Source: Eledone cirrhosa
Lineage: Eukaryota
Assembly: GCA_964016885.1 (NCBI GenBank)
Contig: OZ024746.1
Location: 43,710,001-43,774,000, forward strand
DNA: 64,000 nt
Reading direction: 5' to 3'
Positions 51,870 to 64,000 of this stretch are shown here, piece after piece; positions within the stretch are counted from its first letter, which is position 1; every line of letters starts with the position of its first letter. A program made the translations under genes and the position numbers. The notes under the pieces are model-generated. The model saw only the letters and a program-made list of their open reading frames with translations. It did no database searches and had not been told where the DNA came from.

Positions 51870-52165
51870 AAAAGTGTACCTCAAAAACCTCAACAACAAA
51901 CCCAGTAGTTGCACTGGATCACTCAGCTTGGCAAAACAAAATTATTGATGGAGCATGTGCAGCAGAAACCTGATGCATTGCAGAGGTTCAAAGGGAAGCA
52001 CTGTATGCACAAAGCACGAACCACGTCAGCAATTACCCACATGTGGGCGAGGTTTCCAGGGTTGGACTGGTTTCGTCAGTCACTTCCAGACCCTCAGCTA
52101 AAGATCCTCCACCCAGCATTGAAGTCGTGGTCATCTTTGACTCCGAAGGATGAAGAAGAGAAAGA
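51870..52165 (+). mobile_element. BovB-like RTE 3' end, decayed
   Basis: VALDHSAWQNKIIDGA, a C2H2 remnant (PTCGRGF..SHFQT), and terminal GTGGTCATCTTTGACTCCGAAGGATGAAGAAG. Confidence 0.7.
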
Positions 52166-53719
52166 TGCATATAAATATAGAGCATTTTGTGAATAAACTA
52201 CTAGTTCTATTTTATCTTGAAACAAAATTAATATGAAGACAGAAAATAAATAGGGAAAACAGAAACAACGTTATATACTTAATTTAAAAGCAGCCCATTT
52301 AGGTACAATAGATGTTGATAAAATAGAAACTGCGACGCTTAGCTCATGTTGTATGTGCATAAAAATGTGGAGGGATAAACTTAGCAAGCATGAACCGATA
52401 ATCGTGAAACGTATTTCTCTTATAAATGAAATGTTATGTTTTAATTTAAATATATGTACGTTGTATGCATTGTTTCTTTTCAAGACATAAAAATAGCAAA
52501 CACATTCACACTTTTGGTTTTCTGTTGTACTTTAATTAAGGTTTCTTTTTTCTTCAATTTTAGAAATAATACGAAATTACTTCAATTTCTTGGGAAATTT
52601 ACGTTCGCCACTCTGTTGTTTTACTTTCGTTTTTTTTTTTATTTTTTACAATTTTACTTTACCTTTTTTACCAATATTTTTGGCACACACAAAAACACAG
52701 ATTTAATATATATATATATAGCTGAAATGTAATGTTTTTATATGTGTGTGTGTATCCGCTTCTGTATTTATATGTATACTGCTCAAAAACTGACATTGTT
52801 GTTTATATCTCGTAACATCATGATTTGAAAAATTGAGGTCGATAAAATAACTACTGCTCTCTCTCTCTCTCTCTCACTCTGTATGTATATATATGTATGT
52901 ATGTCGGTTCATTCTTGAGTGCTACTGGTAACATGTAATCCAGTACAATCTGTCACATGGTTGGGTCGTCGGTGACTAGACCAGCAACCACACCATGTTT
53001 ACTTGGTGAGGAAGGGGAGTTTAGACACCCTGCAGGACAAAAAACAAAACCTGACAAAGCACAGAAGAAGTCATAACTCAGCCAAAAATGTGTAAATATG
53101 TGTATGCATGTGTATGTATGTATATATGTATATACATGTATGTATGTGTATGTATGCATATGTATATATAGGCACGGGGACATAGGAATAATTGGGCTAG
53201 ATACCGGATCACACGGCTAAACCACTGGGAGCAAAGGACCCCCTAGTCTTTGTTAGGGCATTCTTCTAGAAGGCAACTCAGGAAACTGGGATAACACCAA
53301 CATAAAACCTGTGGCTCAGTAGTTACTGATGATGTTGATCTTTTCTTCTTTACGAGTTATAGCTACTGTCGATCAGGGTATTGGCTCAGTGCACAGTCTT
53401 TCCTCACTTTAAGAAAAATCTTTGCGCACAGGCATTGCACGATAGCATTAATTGATAATTATTAATAACGCTATATCGTGCAATGGCCATACTCGATAAC
53501 GAGAGTGTGTGTGTGTGTGTCCATCATCAACATCATATCTTAAATTTACATATCGATGATGGTGTGACATATTTACCATTGTGCTAAGGTGTGTTAAAGC
53601 TCAGGCCCCGTTTGCCAGGGAAAACGGGCATCTTCCTGCCAAATAAATTTTTGACGAATTTTTCATGTTTGGGGCCTCATAACTTAACTAGTACAGGACC
53701 TCATTTGTCTTAAATCCAG

Positions 53720-53721
<2 letters not shown>

Positions 53722-53781
<60 letters not shown>
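53722..53781. repeat. (TA)n microsatellite
   Basis: Directly visible. Confidence 0.98.
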
Positions 53782-53783
<2 letters not shown>

Positions 53784-53784
53784 T

Positions 53785-54050
53785 CTTCCCCTCTCTATAT
53801 TCCACTACATACCTCACTTTCTTTCACTCTCTTAATTCCACGCTCACACTAGATCAACAAACTCTCTCCCGCTCTCTATATCCCACTACATACTCCACTC
53901 ACTCTCACAATTCCCCGTCTCTCACTAGACCACCAAAGTCTCTCCCCCTCTCTATATCTCACTACAAACCTCACTCTCTCTCACAATTCCCACTCTCTTA
54001 ATTTCCCTTCTCTCATTAAACCAACCAACTTTCTCTCCCCCCCTCTCTCT
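53785..54050. repeat. CT-rich minisatellite, three diverged units of about 80 bp
   Basis: Recurrent CTCTCTATAT..CACTACA.AC..CACT at about 53791, 53872 and 53950. Confidence 0.75.
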
Positions 54051-54125
54051 GTATATGTGTGTGTGTGTCTGTGACCAGTGTATATAGTTAACAGACACCC
54101 ACATATCACATACGCATGCACACAC

Positions 54126-54158
<33 letters not shown>

Positions 54159-55519
54159 TATATATATATATATGGATCTTCCAATTTCATTTTACATTAT
54201 ATACATGTCTGGGTATATTTCAAAAAAATATTTTTAAGCAAACGTGACCCAATGGGTCTAGTATATATATATTTGTAAATGTCTGTGTATGTTAATTTCT
54301 CCTCTAACTCTCACATTTGTATGTAACAATCGTTGTTCCATCCTTTCTGCTTTACTTCAGAGTTGTATTTCTCCTTCCATTTCACATTCACTTTCATTTA
54401 TCATTCGATAACTATTTTTCTTCTTTATCCCTCACTTCCTTTTCCTTGGACGCTTTGTTCAACAACTTGTCTACTAATGTTTCACCAGTGTCTAAAATGA
54501 ATTCAAGAGTGCGAATGAAGAAGCAGTAATAGATCTTTGACAATTCACAGGCATTCCCATCATTTCCAAAGTATCCATAGTGCCTTGGACAATCGGACTC
54601 ACCTCGACTCTTAAACTGACTTTTTAGGACTTCTTAGCATTTAAGTTTCTATCAATAGATGCCCAAAAGAAAGAATTGTCTCATCATAATATGGCATACT
54701 AGATTAGTTACCAACATAAACGAATTCACAAAATTCCTTTATTTGTGCTGTCTATTTAGATATGATGCTGAAATGGTTATGCACTTTAAGCACACAGGTG
54801 TCCTGTAACAAATACTTTTGCATAGTGCAAAACATCGGCTACACATTTTGTAGAAATGATTTTCCTTTTTTCTTTTTTTTTGTAGTTATTAGTAAAAAAA
54901 CATTTGTGCATTTCAATAGTTTTCTCTTTCATTATCAGTAACGTATAGAGACACTTTATTTAGATCCAGACCTGTCGTCTCTGCTTTAGTTAGTAGCTGA
55001 TTTTCTATTTCCTCTGATTATTTGTTATCACTGAAAGTCAAGTAATACAGGTTGCACTTTCTTCTCAAAATGAGATTATCTCAGGTCTATTGGGAAACAC
55101 TTTGTTACACCTTTCTTTGAAGTATCTGTAGCTACTGAAAAGAGGAAATTATTTTCGTTTGTGGAGAGAATACGGCGCTAGAATATTTTCATATATAGCT
55201 TTGCCTTTATTTTCCAACTTGTTATATTTTCACAATCAATAAGAATCCAGTGCTACCATGGCAGATCTTTTAATTTTCACACTTCATTCAAACGTTTGAT
55301 TTTTTTCTTTTAATTTAAAGGGACAAATGTATGGTTTTATTCACAGTTGTATAAATAACGTTACAAATATGTTTTAAATATATAGATAAACAACATTATA
55401 AATTGCTCGCAATTTGTTCAAAAACACATTGCAAATATAATGTCGTTGATAAACGCGAATATCAACGCATAAAAGAGAGATAAATAAATAAAAATATTAA
55501 AAAAGGGAGAAAAAAGACG

Positions 55520-55795
55520 GTGGGAGGGGGGTCATACTTCACACTAAGTGCGGCAATCGGCCGCACATCACATCATTAGGGTTAACTAAACACTTTGAGG
55601 CAAGCAATTGGGCTCGCAGCAGTGTCACGAGTGATGGCGATGCTAAGGCGCTGAAACAACCAGGTACCCTCATAGGCATCACCTGACACCTCAGTAAGAT
55701 TAGCTGCCAACAATGACAAGAACTTCGCTGTCAGCGGTCCAACTCCACCACGTGCTACAGATTGGAAACAAATAATTACTGGATATTATTTTCCT
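55520..55795 (-). mobile_element. CRE-clade non-LTR retrotransposon 3' fragment (RLE C-terminus and UTR)
   Basis: Manual translation, absent from the ORF track: GGVGPLTAKFLSLLAANLTEVSGDAYEGTWLFQRLSIAITRDTAAS..*, with the stop at 55582-55584. Compare the CRE motif LG..G......L......GD.....L.QRLS.AIQRGNAA. Confidence 0.8.
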
Positions 55796-57899
55796 AAAGA
55801 TTACTCTAAAACATAAATAAACTCACTAACAAATGAGATGTCTGTTGTTAAAACTGGTTGTGAAGGAGTTTCTACTATGCTATATAAACTACACACTTGT
55901 GGTTACGTTTGCTCCTTAAGGTGTTCATTGATGCAATTTTTTTTACGAGCATGCAATAAATCCTGAATAACTTGTGAATAAAATTCTTCTGATCACACAT
56001 CCTCTGTCATTTGCATAAGATTATTGCTGTTTCACTATGTAACATGGTATCCCTTAATTACATTTGAAAGCAATATATTTCCAAAATCATGACGAAACAT
56101 GTCTGTCAAATGTATTCGAAGTCATCTTACTATTTTTATTGCTTGCTTGATGCTATAATGTGTCTTGTGTTCTTTGATGGACCGATGGTTATCATCAGTC
56201 GCGATAATCAACTGTGTTTGATGAAATGAAAACAAATTAAATACTTAGGGATCGGCAAACTACAGCCCATAGACTTCACTGACTATGTGGCACTGCATAT
56301 AAACATTGTTCGTCTCCCTTATTAATTTTTGCTTAGCACAATCTTTGTGATATTTTCATTCATATGCCTTATCATATACAATGAGTTGAATATATGCATC
56401 CAGTGGCATAGCAAGAGATGTTTATTGATGCATTTAAATGATGTAAATGTATTATGTCATGCCTACTCTTTTGGTTATTCTTTCTATCACCTGAAAAAAA
56501 AACATATCCTACGTTAGATGCTTTTAATGAAAAACAATAAAGTACATACAAAACAAGGTATTTTCATATTCTTGTATGATCATAGTTTCATTTTTATTTG
56601 CTTTGGTCCACAAGACATAAAAACATTTCCAGCCTAGCCGGTTTACAAAATTGTTTTGTGACTACTGGTGGAGCGTTATCAGTTACTAGTTTTGGTTCAC
56701 GTTTGAAGTAATGGTATATGATAATTTTGTAATATGTTTATAACAGATATGGTGGAATTTATGAAACCACTGATCAATGAAAAAGTGCCTTACTCAATAT
56801 CTAATGAGAATTAACCTTATTTAGATGTTGTCAAAGCCTTTTTCACTCAAGACCTCGGATCTGTATCTCCAGGAGTGTATTTTCCCTAGCTTACAGTACA
56901 ACAGAAAATAACAGCAATGTTTATTTATGTATCTGTCTGTAGCTATGTACATTTACAGAAAAACGCCCTCAGCTAAAGAGTGTTTTTCTATAAATTCATG
57001 TATATCTACCAATATATATATCTTCGGACAACAACAAAGCCACCAACTACCAACAGGTTTGTTACTATCATAGTTGTTATTTTAGCACTAAGTAAACTAT
57101 GCTGTATGTGATGGCTAATATTACTATAATTTGTTTAAATGAAATACGATAATGTTGTGAGTTTGTTGGCTTGTCTCAAGAAGTATTAGAGAGGGTGTCT
57201 GCGCCTTTTGTGACGTGCAATCGATTGATACACATTACTTAGTGTTGAAGTAATATTTTCTTTCGTTTTGATTTTATATTTGTTATTTTTCTTCCTATAC
57301 ACATGTGAAAGAATGTTAATGAATTTTCACTTATATTTTATCTCTCGAGTTTAATTCTTCAAAATTATTCTATGCTGCAAATTTAACTTATAGAAGCAAA
57401 TGAAATATCAAAACAAAATAAACTATTTATTTGTCACATTTAAATTAGAAAGATCTACAAATTGAAAATTACGAAGATCAGGTAAAACTCATGGATTCAA
57501 GCGTCTTCCCATAGAATGTTATCAAAGCGTTATCGAATTAATTATTTTTTCTGTTTATCCCAACATATTTTATGAGTATAATTATTATATATATATATAT
57601 ATATATTTCTCTCACATTTTCTAAATAATATTTATTGGTAACCACACAGCCCCATTCCCACTTTTTTAATTCATATCAATTTAATGTTCTGACCTCCGCT
57701 TCCTTCTCTCTCTTACTATTTATCTCCGTTCTCCCTCTCTCGCTTTAGAACTTAAGTTTGGCTACTTTGTATTAACTCTTTTCTTTCTCTCCCATTCTCT
57801 TACTATCTATCTCCTTTCTCCCCTCTCTTTTTGTTCTCTTACTACTTTTCCACTCCTACCCACAATAACCTTCCCAGTCAAATTTTTCAATATGACTCT

Positions 57900-58125
57900 T
57901 CTGTTGTCACAAGGGCATGGCACCTCTCTAGTGTTGGTGATCCTCACAAATGCACCCATTTAACTCTGTAAAGTGACAACTGATAGGATGGCATGCAGCC
58001 ATAGAAAGGAGGAATTTTCAGCTATCAACCATATGACAACCTCCTCAATGAAGGGGCAGGAACATATGTCCAACTTTTGCTAGCAGGTAAAATCGGTGTT
58101 CAATGTTAATTATAAGGATATTGAT
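57900..58125 (+). repeat. Decayed RTE-tail repeat
   Basis: AAATGCACCC..ACTCTGTAAAGTG..GGATGGCATGCAGCCATAGAAA..TGCTAGCAGGTAAAATCGG. Confidence 0.55.
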
Positions 58126-58671
58126 GAGTTACCACATATGTGAAATAGACTCTTAAGATAATGAGGTGTTAATCCTTAAACAATTTTGCATACAGTGATG
58201 ACAATTTTATCAGACATCTTTATTCCTATGAAAAGAAACCCAGCATTAAATTACCACCCAGAAGGGGAAGACTGAGAAGGTCTTGAATCATTAATGGGTT
58301 TTGGAACGTTATTTTTCAAAACTAAACAGAAAGCACATATAAGAAAATATAAAACATCTTTAAAAGCAAAATTAAACTCAAATATAATAATATATTTGAT
58401 ATAAAATATATATACATACATGCACACACTGTTTTTATGCTTTTGTAAGATTCCTGATGTGAAATTGTGTGGTAAAACAGAATAATTTTCTGTTCCATTA
58501 GAATATAATGTCTTCCATGAATAAAAAAACATATTTCACTATAGGATTTAATAGACATTTTAGGAGTTAATATTTACATTTTTTTTAACGGAATATTTAA
58601 TAGTTAAAGCAGACTTCCATACTTGGTAGCCTTCCATATCTACACACTGTTATGCTACACATCACAAAAAG

Positions 58672-58707
<36 letters not shown>

Positions 58708-58710
<3 letters not shown>

Positions 58711-59019
58711 GTAAGTATGTATGTATACGTACATACATATATGTATACAGACGTACAGTAGTATGTATATATATACATACATGCACACATATATATATGC
58801 ACGTATCGGTTTACCGAACATTTATTATAATGTTCGTTTGTAAACAAACAAACAGCCCGAATTACGCTATACAGTGTTTAGGCAACCACGTCACCTTTGT
58901 TTCGGTAAACCGATACGTGCATATATATATATGTGTGCATGTATGTATATATATATATATACATACTACTGTGCGTCTGTATACATATATGTATGTACGT
59001 ATACATACATACTTACATT
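58708..59019. repeat. Long inverted repeat (58708-58818 / 58901-59019) with 82-bp spacer, inside (TA)n
   Basis: The arm AATGTAAGTATG..CAGACGTACAGTAG..GCACGTATCGGTTTACCGAA and its reverse complement. Confidence 0.92.
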
Positions 59020-59072
59020 TAAGTAAGTGCCGTACTAAGAGTGAGAAATGAAATTTCGTTTTATTCTATTCC

Positions 59073-59104
<32 letters not shown>

Positions 59105-59224
59105 ATATTATATTATATATTATATTATATTATATATTATATTATATATTATATTATATTATATATATTATATTATATATATTATATTATATATTATATT
59201 ATATATTATATTATATATTATATA
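59073..59224. repeat. (TA)n/(TATAT)n microsatellite
   Basis: Directly visible. Confidence 0.95.
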
Positions 59225-61449
59225 AGCCTACTGAGTTACAGGCATTCTTCTGTTTCTCCTGTCATCAGAAATGCAGTGAACTAATGTTTGGTCCATCAGA
59301 ATAATATAACCAATGAAACTATTATTTGCAAATTGCAATACAAAATGAATACACATACATATCAAATTATATGCACATATATATATATATATATATACAT
59401 ACATATGTATTGAGATACATGCATATAAATATATGTATGTATATTTGAAAATACACATTGTCTATCATACAGTTTAACAGATTAAGAATGTGCCCATCTA
59501 AAATATTAGTGATAGATAGGTAAATTCACAAAATAAATTTAGACACTTTTAAGCTGAAAGTGCATTTCTAAATTAACATGTCAAACTGAAATATCTATCT
59601 GCAGTAAGATATAAATTGATAGCTTTACTTAATCTAAATATATTCTTTGCTTACTGAAATAATAACACATTTTATATCATCAGAACTACTTAGAATGTTC
59701 TGTGTAATTCATGTACAGCTATATATATTACTCAAATTATTCATATCTTTATTCACAATAATGCCAAGAACACTTTACACAGCAAAATGTAAAATGATTT
59801 ACTGTGCTAGAAGTAAGAAAGAATATTTATATCAATCTAATGAGATATAGACAAATCATAAAAGATTTGCATGTTATCCTATTATTCTTGAAAATTTTAA
59901 GTACTATTAATCATCTATAGTTATTAGTGTTCAAGAACATTTTGTGTTTGCAAAAAAGTTATAAATTGCAAATGTTAATGCCCCAAATTAACAAAAACGA
60001 TTATATTCATATTAAAACATTTATAGAGAAGAATAAGCTTTAAATGATTATTGAAGATAAAGATGCCATTAGCCTTAATTGCCATAAATAGTAATTTACA
60101 AGGAAAAAACAAAAGCTAAACTGACTAATCTAATCATGAAATTCTGAAATAAGCAGGAACTAATAATAGACAAGCCCCCAAATTTTGTTTAAACAAAAAT
60201 ATATATTCTCATATAAAATTGATTAAATATCTTTATAGCATACTGTGTAAAGTTTGTCAGGCAATTATAAAATTCACATCATCAGAATCGCAATTCTTTT
60301 TTTCATCTAAGAATATTTAAGCAATCTGACTAAGGCATAAGTAAACATCACTACACTTATGCTAAATGATATAGTTAAGTGGGAGTCATGATACTTTTGT
60401 TGTCAGATATACACAGGAGGATTTTTAGAACAATATAGTAGCCATAGATTAATACACAAGGAAAGCATTTTCTAAATCGTGTTACAAAATTCTTATGCAC
60501 AAAAATTAATTACAGTTTAGATTTTATGTTGATCCAGTCTTTTTCTTGGGGGGGGGGGGGGGTACTGTCTATAGCAATGGTGCACGTCTTCCATCCAGCT
60601 GAATTATTGTTTTTATAGGTAGTATTAGAGTGAAAATAAAATATGACATGCTATACAGATACATCTTATTTGAAGTTTATGACTTCATCCACAGTTCCTC
60701 CTATATTGAAATAAATGCTTCTTTGATAAAGATTCATATAAAAATATATATTGGAATCATAAAGAAGCTGTAAATTGTACCATCTTTATTAATAGATTAC
60801 AGCAAAAATATTCAATGATAACAATCGTCATTTGTGTATTACTTCAATAAACAGGAATAATGCCAACACAACATAATGCCAATATCTGAAATTTTGCAAT
60901 AAAACACAGAATCTAAGAAACACAATTATAAAACTAAAATGATTCTGCAGCCATAAAATTCTTATGGCCATGATATAAGAAACAGAACAAGAATGAACAC
61001 TCAAAACCACTAAATATCAGATTTCATTTCCATCCAGCAGAAGAGAAGAAAAATATTAGAACAACATATTGTAGTAAATAATGTAGCTACAAGGCAAGGA
61101 GGTACGTTTTGTATATTCTCCTGACAAACTAGAAATAACAGTGCAAAATCTTCCTTAAACAATACCACACTGTCTTAAAATAGGGAATGACACACATGAT
61201 GGATACAGTTTCTGAAATACAAGAGATGCAATGGTCACATTTGGAACGTCTCTGATTCACCTTTAGCTCCATTACATAGAGGATATACATAAGCCTGTGT
61301 GTGAGTTGATCATGATAAACTGGTTACAATTCTGAGGGGGGGGGGGTATGTTTCTAAGATTTTATTTAATATTATTATACTAATATTCATTAATTCTATT
61401 TTGTTATTCCTATTTATCCCCAGGTCAGCTTTGATCAAGCTTTCTATTT

Positions 61450-62000
61450 CAAAAAAGATATTTCATGAATATTCTTACTGGTAAGTATTTCTACTACATA
61501 CAAAACCTTTCTTCTTCATCAGTCAGCAACCTATGATCCCATTGCTCAATTTTAAGCTTTGATTTTATATTTAGAATTTCTTTAATGTTTTCATAGAATC
61601 AGCTAAAAAGCTTTGATCACCAGCATATAGGAGTTTTAAACTCCTCTGTTATAGCCTTGAGAACTATAATAAATAGGAGGAGACTGAGAAATGTGCTTAG
61701 ATTGACACCCACCTATACACTAAATTACTCACTGCTGATTGCGTAATTTTACATGGTTTGCATGGCTCTCACAAGATATTCATGTTCATAAAGTTTTTTA
61801 GTGACAATCAGACAAAGAGAACATAGGATCCTGTCAAAGGTTTTTTCGTAGGTTGATGAATACATGGTATAGGAAGTTCTACAGTTGTCTGTTTCACCAA
61901 CAACATACTGATTCATTCTGAAACCCTACTTTGCAACATGGAACACCTTTTGCTTTCATCCTCTCATTGCAAAACATTGACAAACCTCTTACTTTCTTTG
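61450..62000 (-). mobile_element. Highly decayed RTE RT fragment
   Basis: VGVNLSTFLSLLLFIIVLKAITEEFKT..LLYAGD matches 14.56-14.70 kb. Confidence 0.75.
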
Positions 62001-62592
62001 CTAGATGGGATACCTCACCTCTAGCCATTTTCAATTCAATTTATCAAGGAACATTCAATTTCTGTCATTGCAATATTTCTGTTTCCTGTTTCAAATTCAA
62101 TGCTGAAAACTGAAGACACACTCTGCTCTTGTTCATTTTAAAGCTTTGGGATCTGAAGAATATTACACATTATTGATAAATCTTTTTCAGTCTATTTTAA
62201 ATTTGGTATCCTGACTTTTGTGTTTGCCAATCATTGCTAATTTTTATCCTAATTCTTGATATTTCCTATTAATATTAGCTCTCACTATCTGCATTCGCAG
62301 TACTCATGTGTTTATAAATCAAAATAATAAATTTAAGGTTTTGAGATACAGTAATGTTCCAAAAACTATGGCTTCAAATAGCACAGTTGTTGAATGAAAA
62401 CTGTTCATAAACTGGCAATAAATTCTGAAAAATACAAATAGAAGCAGGTAGGACTGGGTGGTTACATTGCATCCACACGTGTTTGTGTTCAGTTCCACTA
62501 CATGGCATCTTGAGTGTTTTCTACCGATGACACTGTTTCACACATGTGAAATTTTTTAGGCAGAAACTGTGGAAAGCTATCATAAATATATA

Positions 62593-62669
62593 CAGGGTGT
62601 CCCAAAAAATGTATACACATATTTATTAGAAGGCTATTAAAGTCTGTATACATTTTGGGGGGCACCCTG
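62593..62669. mobile_element. 77-bp Tc1/mariner-like MITE
   Basis: TA|CAGGGTGTCCCAAAAAATGTATACA...TGTATACATTTTGGGGGGCACCCTG|TG; TIRs of about 25 bp. Confidence 0.8.
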
Positions 62670-62970
62670 TGCATGTGTGTGTGCGCACATGTGCATGCGT
62701 GTGTGTGTCTGCGTTTACATATCCAACTTGAAAAAATAAGAACTCGGGTCAATGTAGCCACAGAGTGAAACAGCTAAAAAAATGTACAGATGTAACAGAA
62801 AACAATTTAACAAATGCCATGTGTTTAAAGCAATGAACAGGAAATAAACTTTATCAACTTTATATCGATAGATAGAATGTTGCTGATGCAGATCTGCACC
62901 AATTACTTAAGATTCAAATTTTATTCTATTCTGATGATATATTCATGAAACATTATTTTAATGAAATGAT

Positions 62971-63154
62971 GGGTGGTGAATTGGCAGTATCGGTAGAGGG
63001 TCAGACGCAATGCTTTCTAGCATAGTTATGTCCCTTTATGATCTGAGTTCAAATCCCACCGAGGTTAACTTTGCCTTTCATTACGGGGGTCGATAAAATA
63101 AAGTACCAGTAATGTATTGGGTAATTGCTGGCCTTGTGCCAAAAAGTAGAAACA
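62971..63154 (+). mobile_element. SINE family A with 19-bp TSD (one mismatch)
   Basis: Full family A sequence; ATTATTTTAATRAAATGAT at 62952-62970 and 63155-63173. Confidence 0.92.
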
Positions 63155-64000
63155 ATTATTTTAATAAAATGATATTTAGATTGCTGAATTAGAATATTTA
63201 TTCAGAAGCTCTTGAAATCTTAACATTTGAGATGAATAACATTTTACTCCAGCATGGTCACAATCTAATTTCAAACCAGTAATAGAAAGAATAAAAAGAA
63301 CGTGTGTGTGTGTCTCTCTCTCTCTCTTCACACACACAGTGCCTCAAATATTAATTGGTATATTAGTGACTTGTGAGAAACCCTGTAAATATAGAAGGAA
63401 CTACACAATGGCAACACAATCCATTGAGAAAAGATCTCAATGTAGTTAAGTTTACTGGAAGCAGAGGTAGGTGATTCACAAGCACTGAAACAACTGACTC
63501 AAATGATTTTATATTTGTATACAAAAAGGAAACAGTGATTAATAAAAAATAAAAATGAAAACGTAGTACTTCAATGAAAATTGATGAATGCTCACATTAA
63601 GTATAGAAATCTGTGCAACAGAATTAAAGAATGTAGTCCAAAGTTCATCCTCTAGGCATTTTGGGATAATTCAATGGAAAATTCAGATTTATTACGATAA
63701 TTTCTTTTTTAATGTGATGCACATGATAACAAAAGAAATATTTGATTTATTTGGAACAAACATTTGTTACAAAACTGTCACACATGTACTCTTACATACA
63801 TGTGCATGTATATACATACTTGCAAATACACACATGCTTATTTATATATGTGTGTATGTATAGAGGAAGAGGGCTAGTTATGTGATATTATTGAACACAA
63901 TATTACACCATATTATTTCATTTGTATGTTACTCCAGATCATTAACTCACTAATTAGTAGGCTGTATCCATTTAAGAAGTACTCTGTACTGATAGAACTT

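Noticed and set aside
54500-54700. Possible RLE-type LINE remnant on the minus strand (PIVQGTM)
   Set aside because: Too decayed; only one weak motif.
59230-59275. Minus-strand CTGATGA-CAGGA-GAAA-CAG..CTG-TA next to a microsatellite
   Set aside because: Stem III is possible, but stem II and stem I do not pair.

Overview
AT-rich, repeat-dense eukaryotic (animal) non-coding DNA. No host protein-coding gene is supported, and most long ORFs in the track are translations of (TA)n/(CA)n microsatellites. The repeat families resemble those I recall from octopod cephalopods (inference, not tested). Contents: two Penelope-like element (PLE) fragments; about ten RTE-clade LINE fragments, one with an intact 444-aa RT/PHD/thumb ORF and 3' UTR; decayed L2, CR1, CRE and HERO/NeSL-like LINE remnants; a Helitron helicase fragment; two tRNA-headed SINE families; RTE-tail repeats; and piggyBac-, Tc1/mariner- and hAT-like MITEs. 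Most notable are three short non-coding modules inside TA microsatellites (9.73-10.07 kb, 10.82-11.07 kb, 49.30-49.59 kb). Each carries a type I hammerhead ribozyme fold (two with intact cores, one with a catalytic-site substitution). Each fold is followed by the same covarying bulged stem-loop (ACUC-stem-loop-2-nt bulge-GAGURCUU) about 45-65 nt before the 3' TA junction. They look like a microsatellite-targeting family of PLE pseudo-LTR or retrozyme-like elements with a conserved second RNA signal. Coordinates of decayed elements are approximate.
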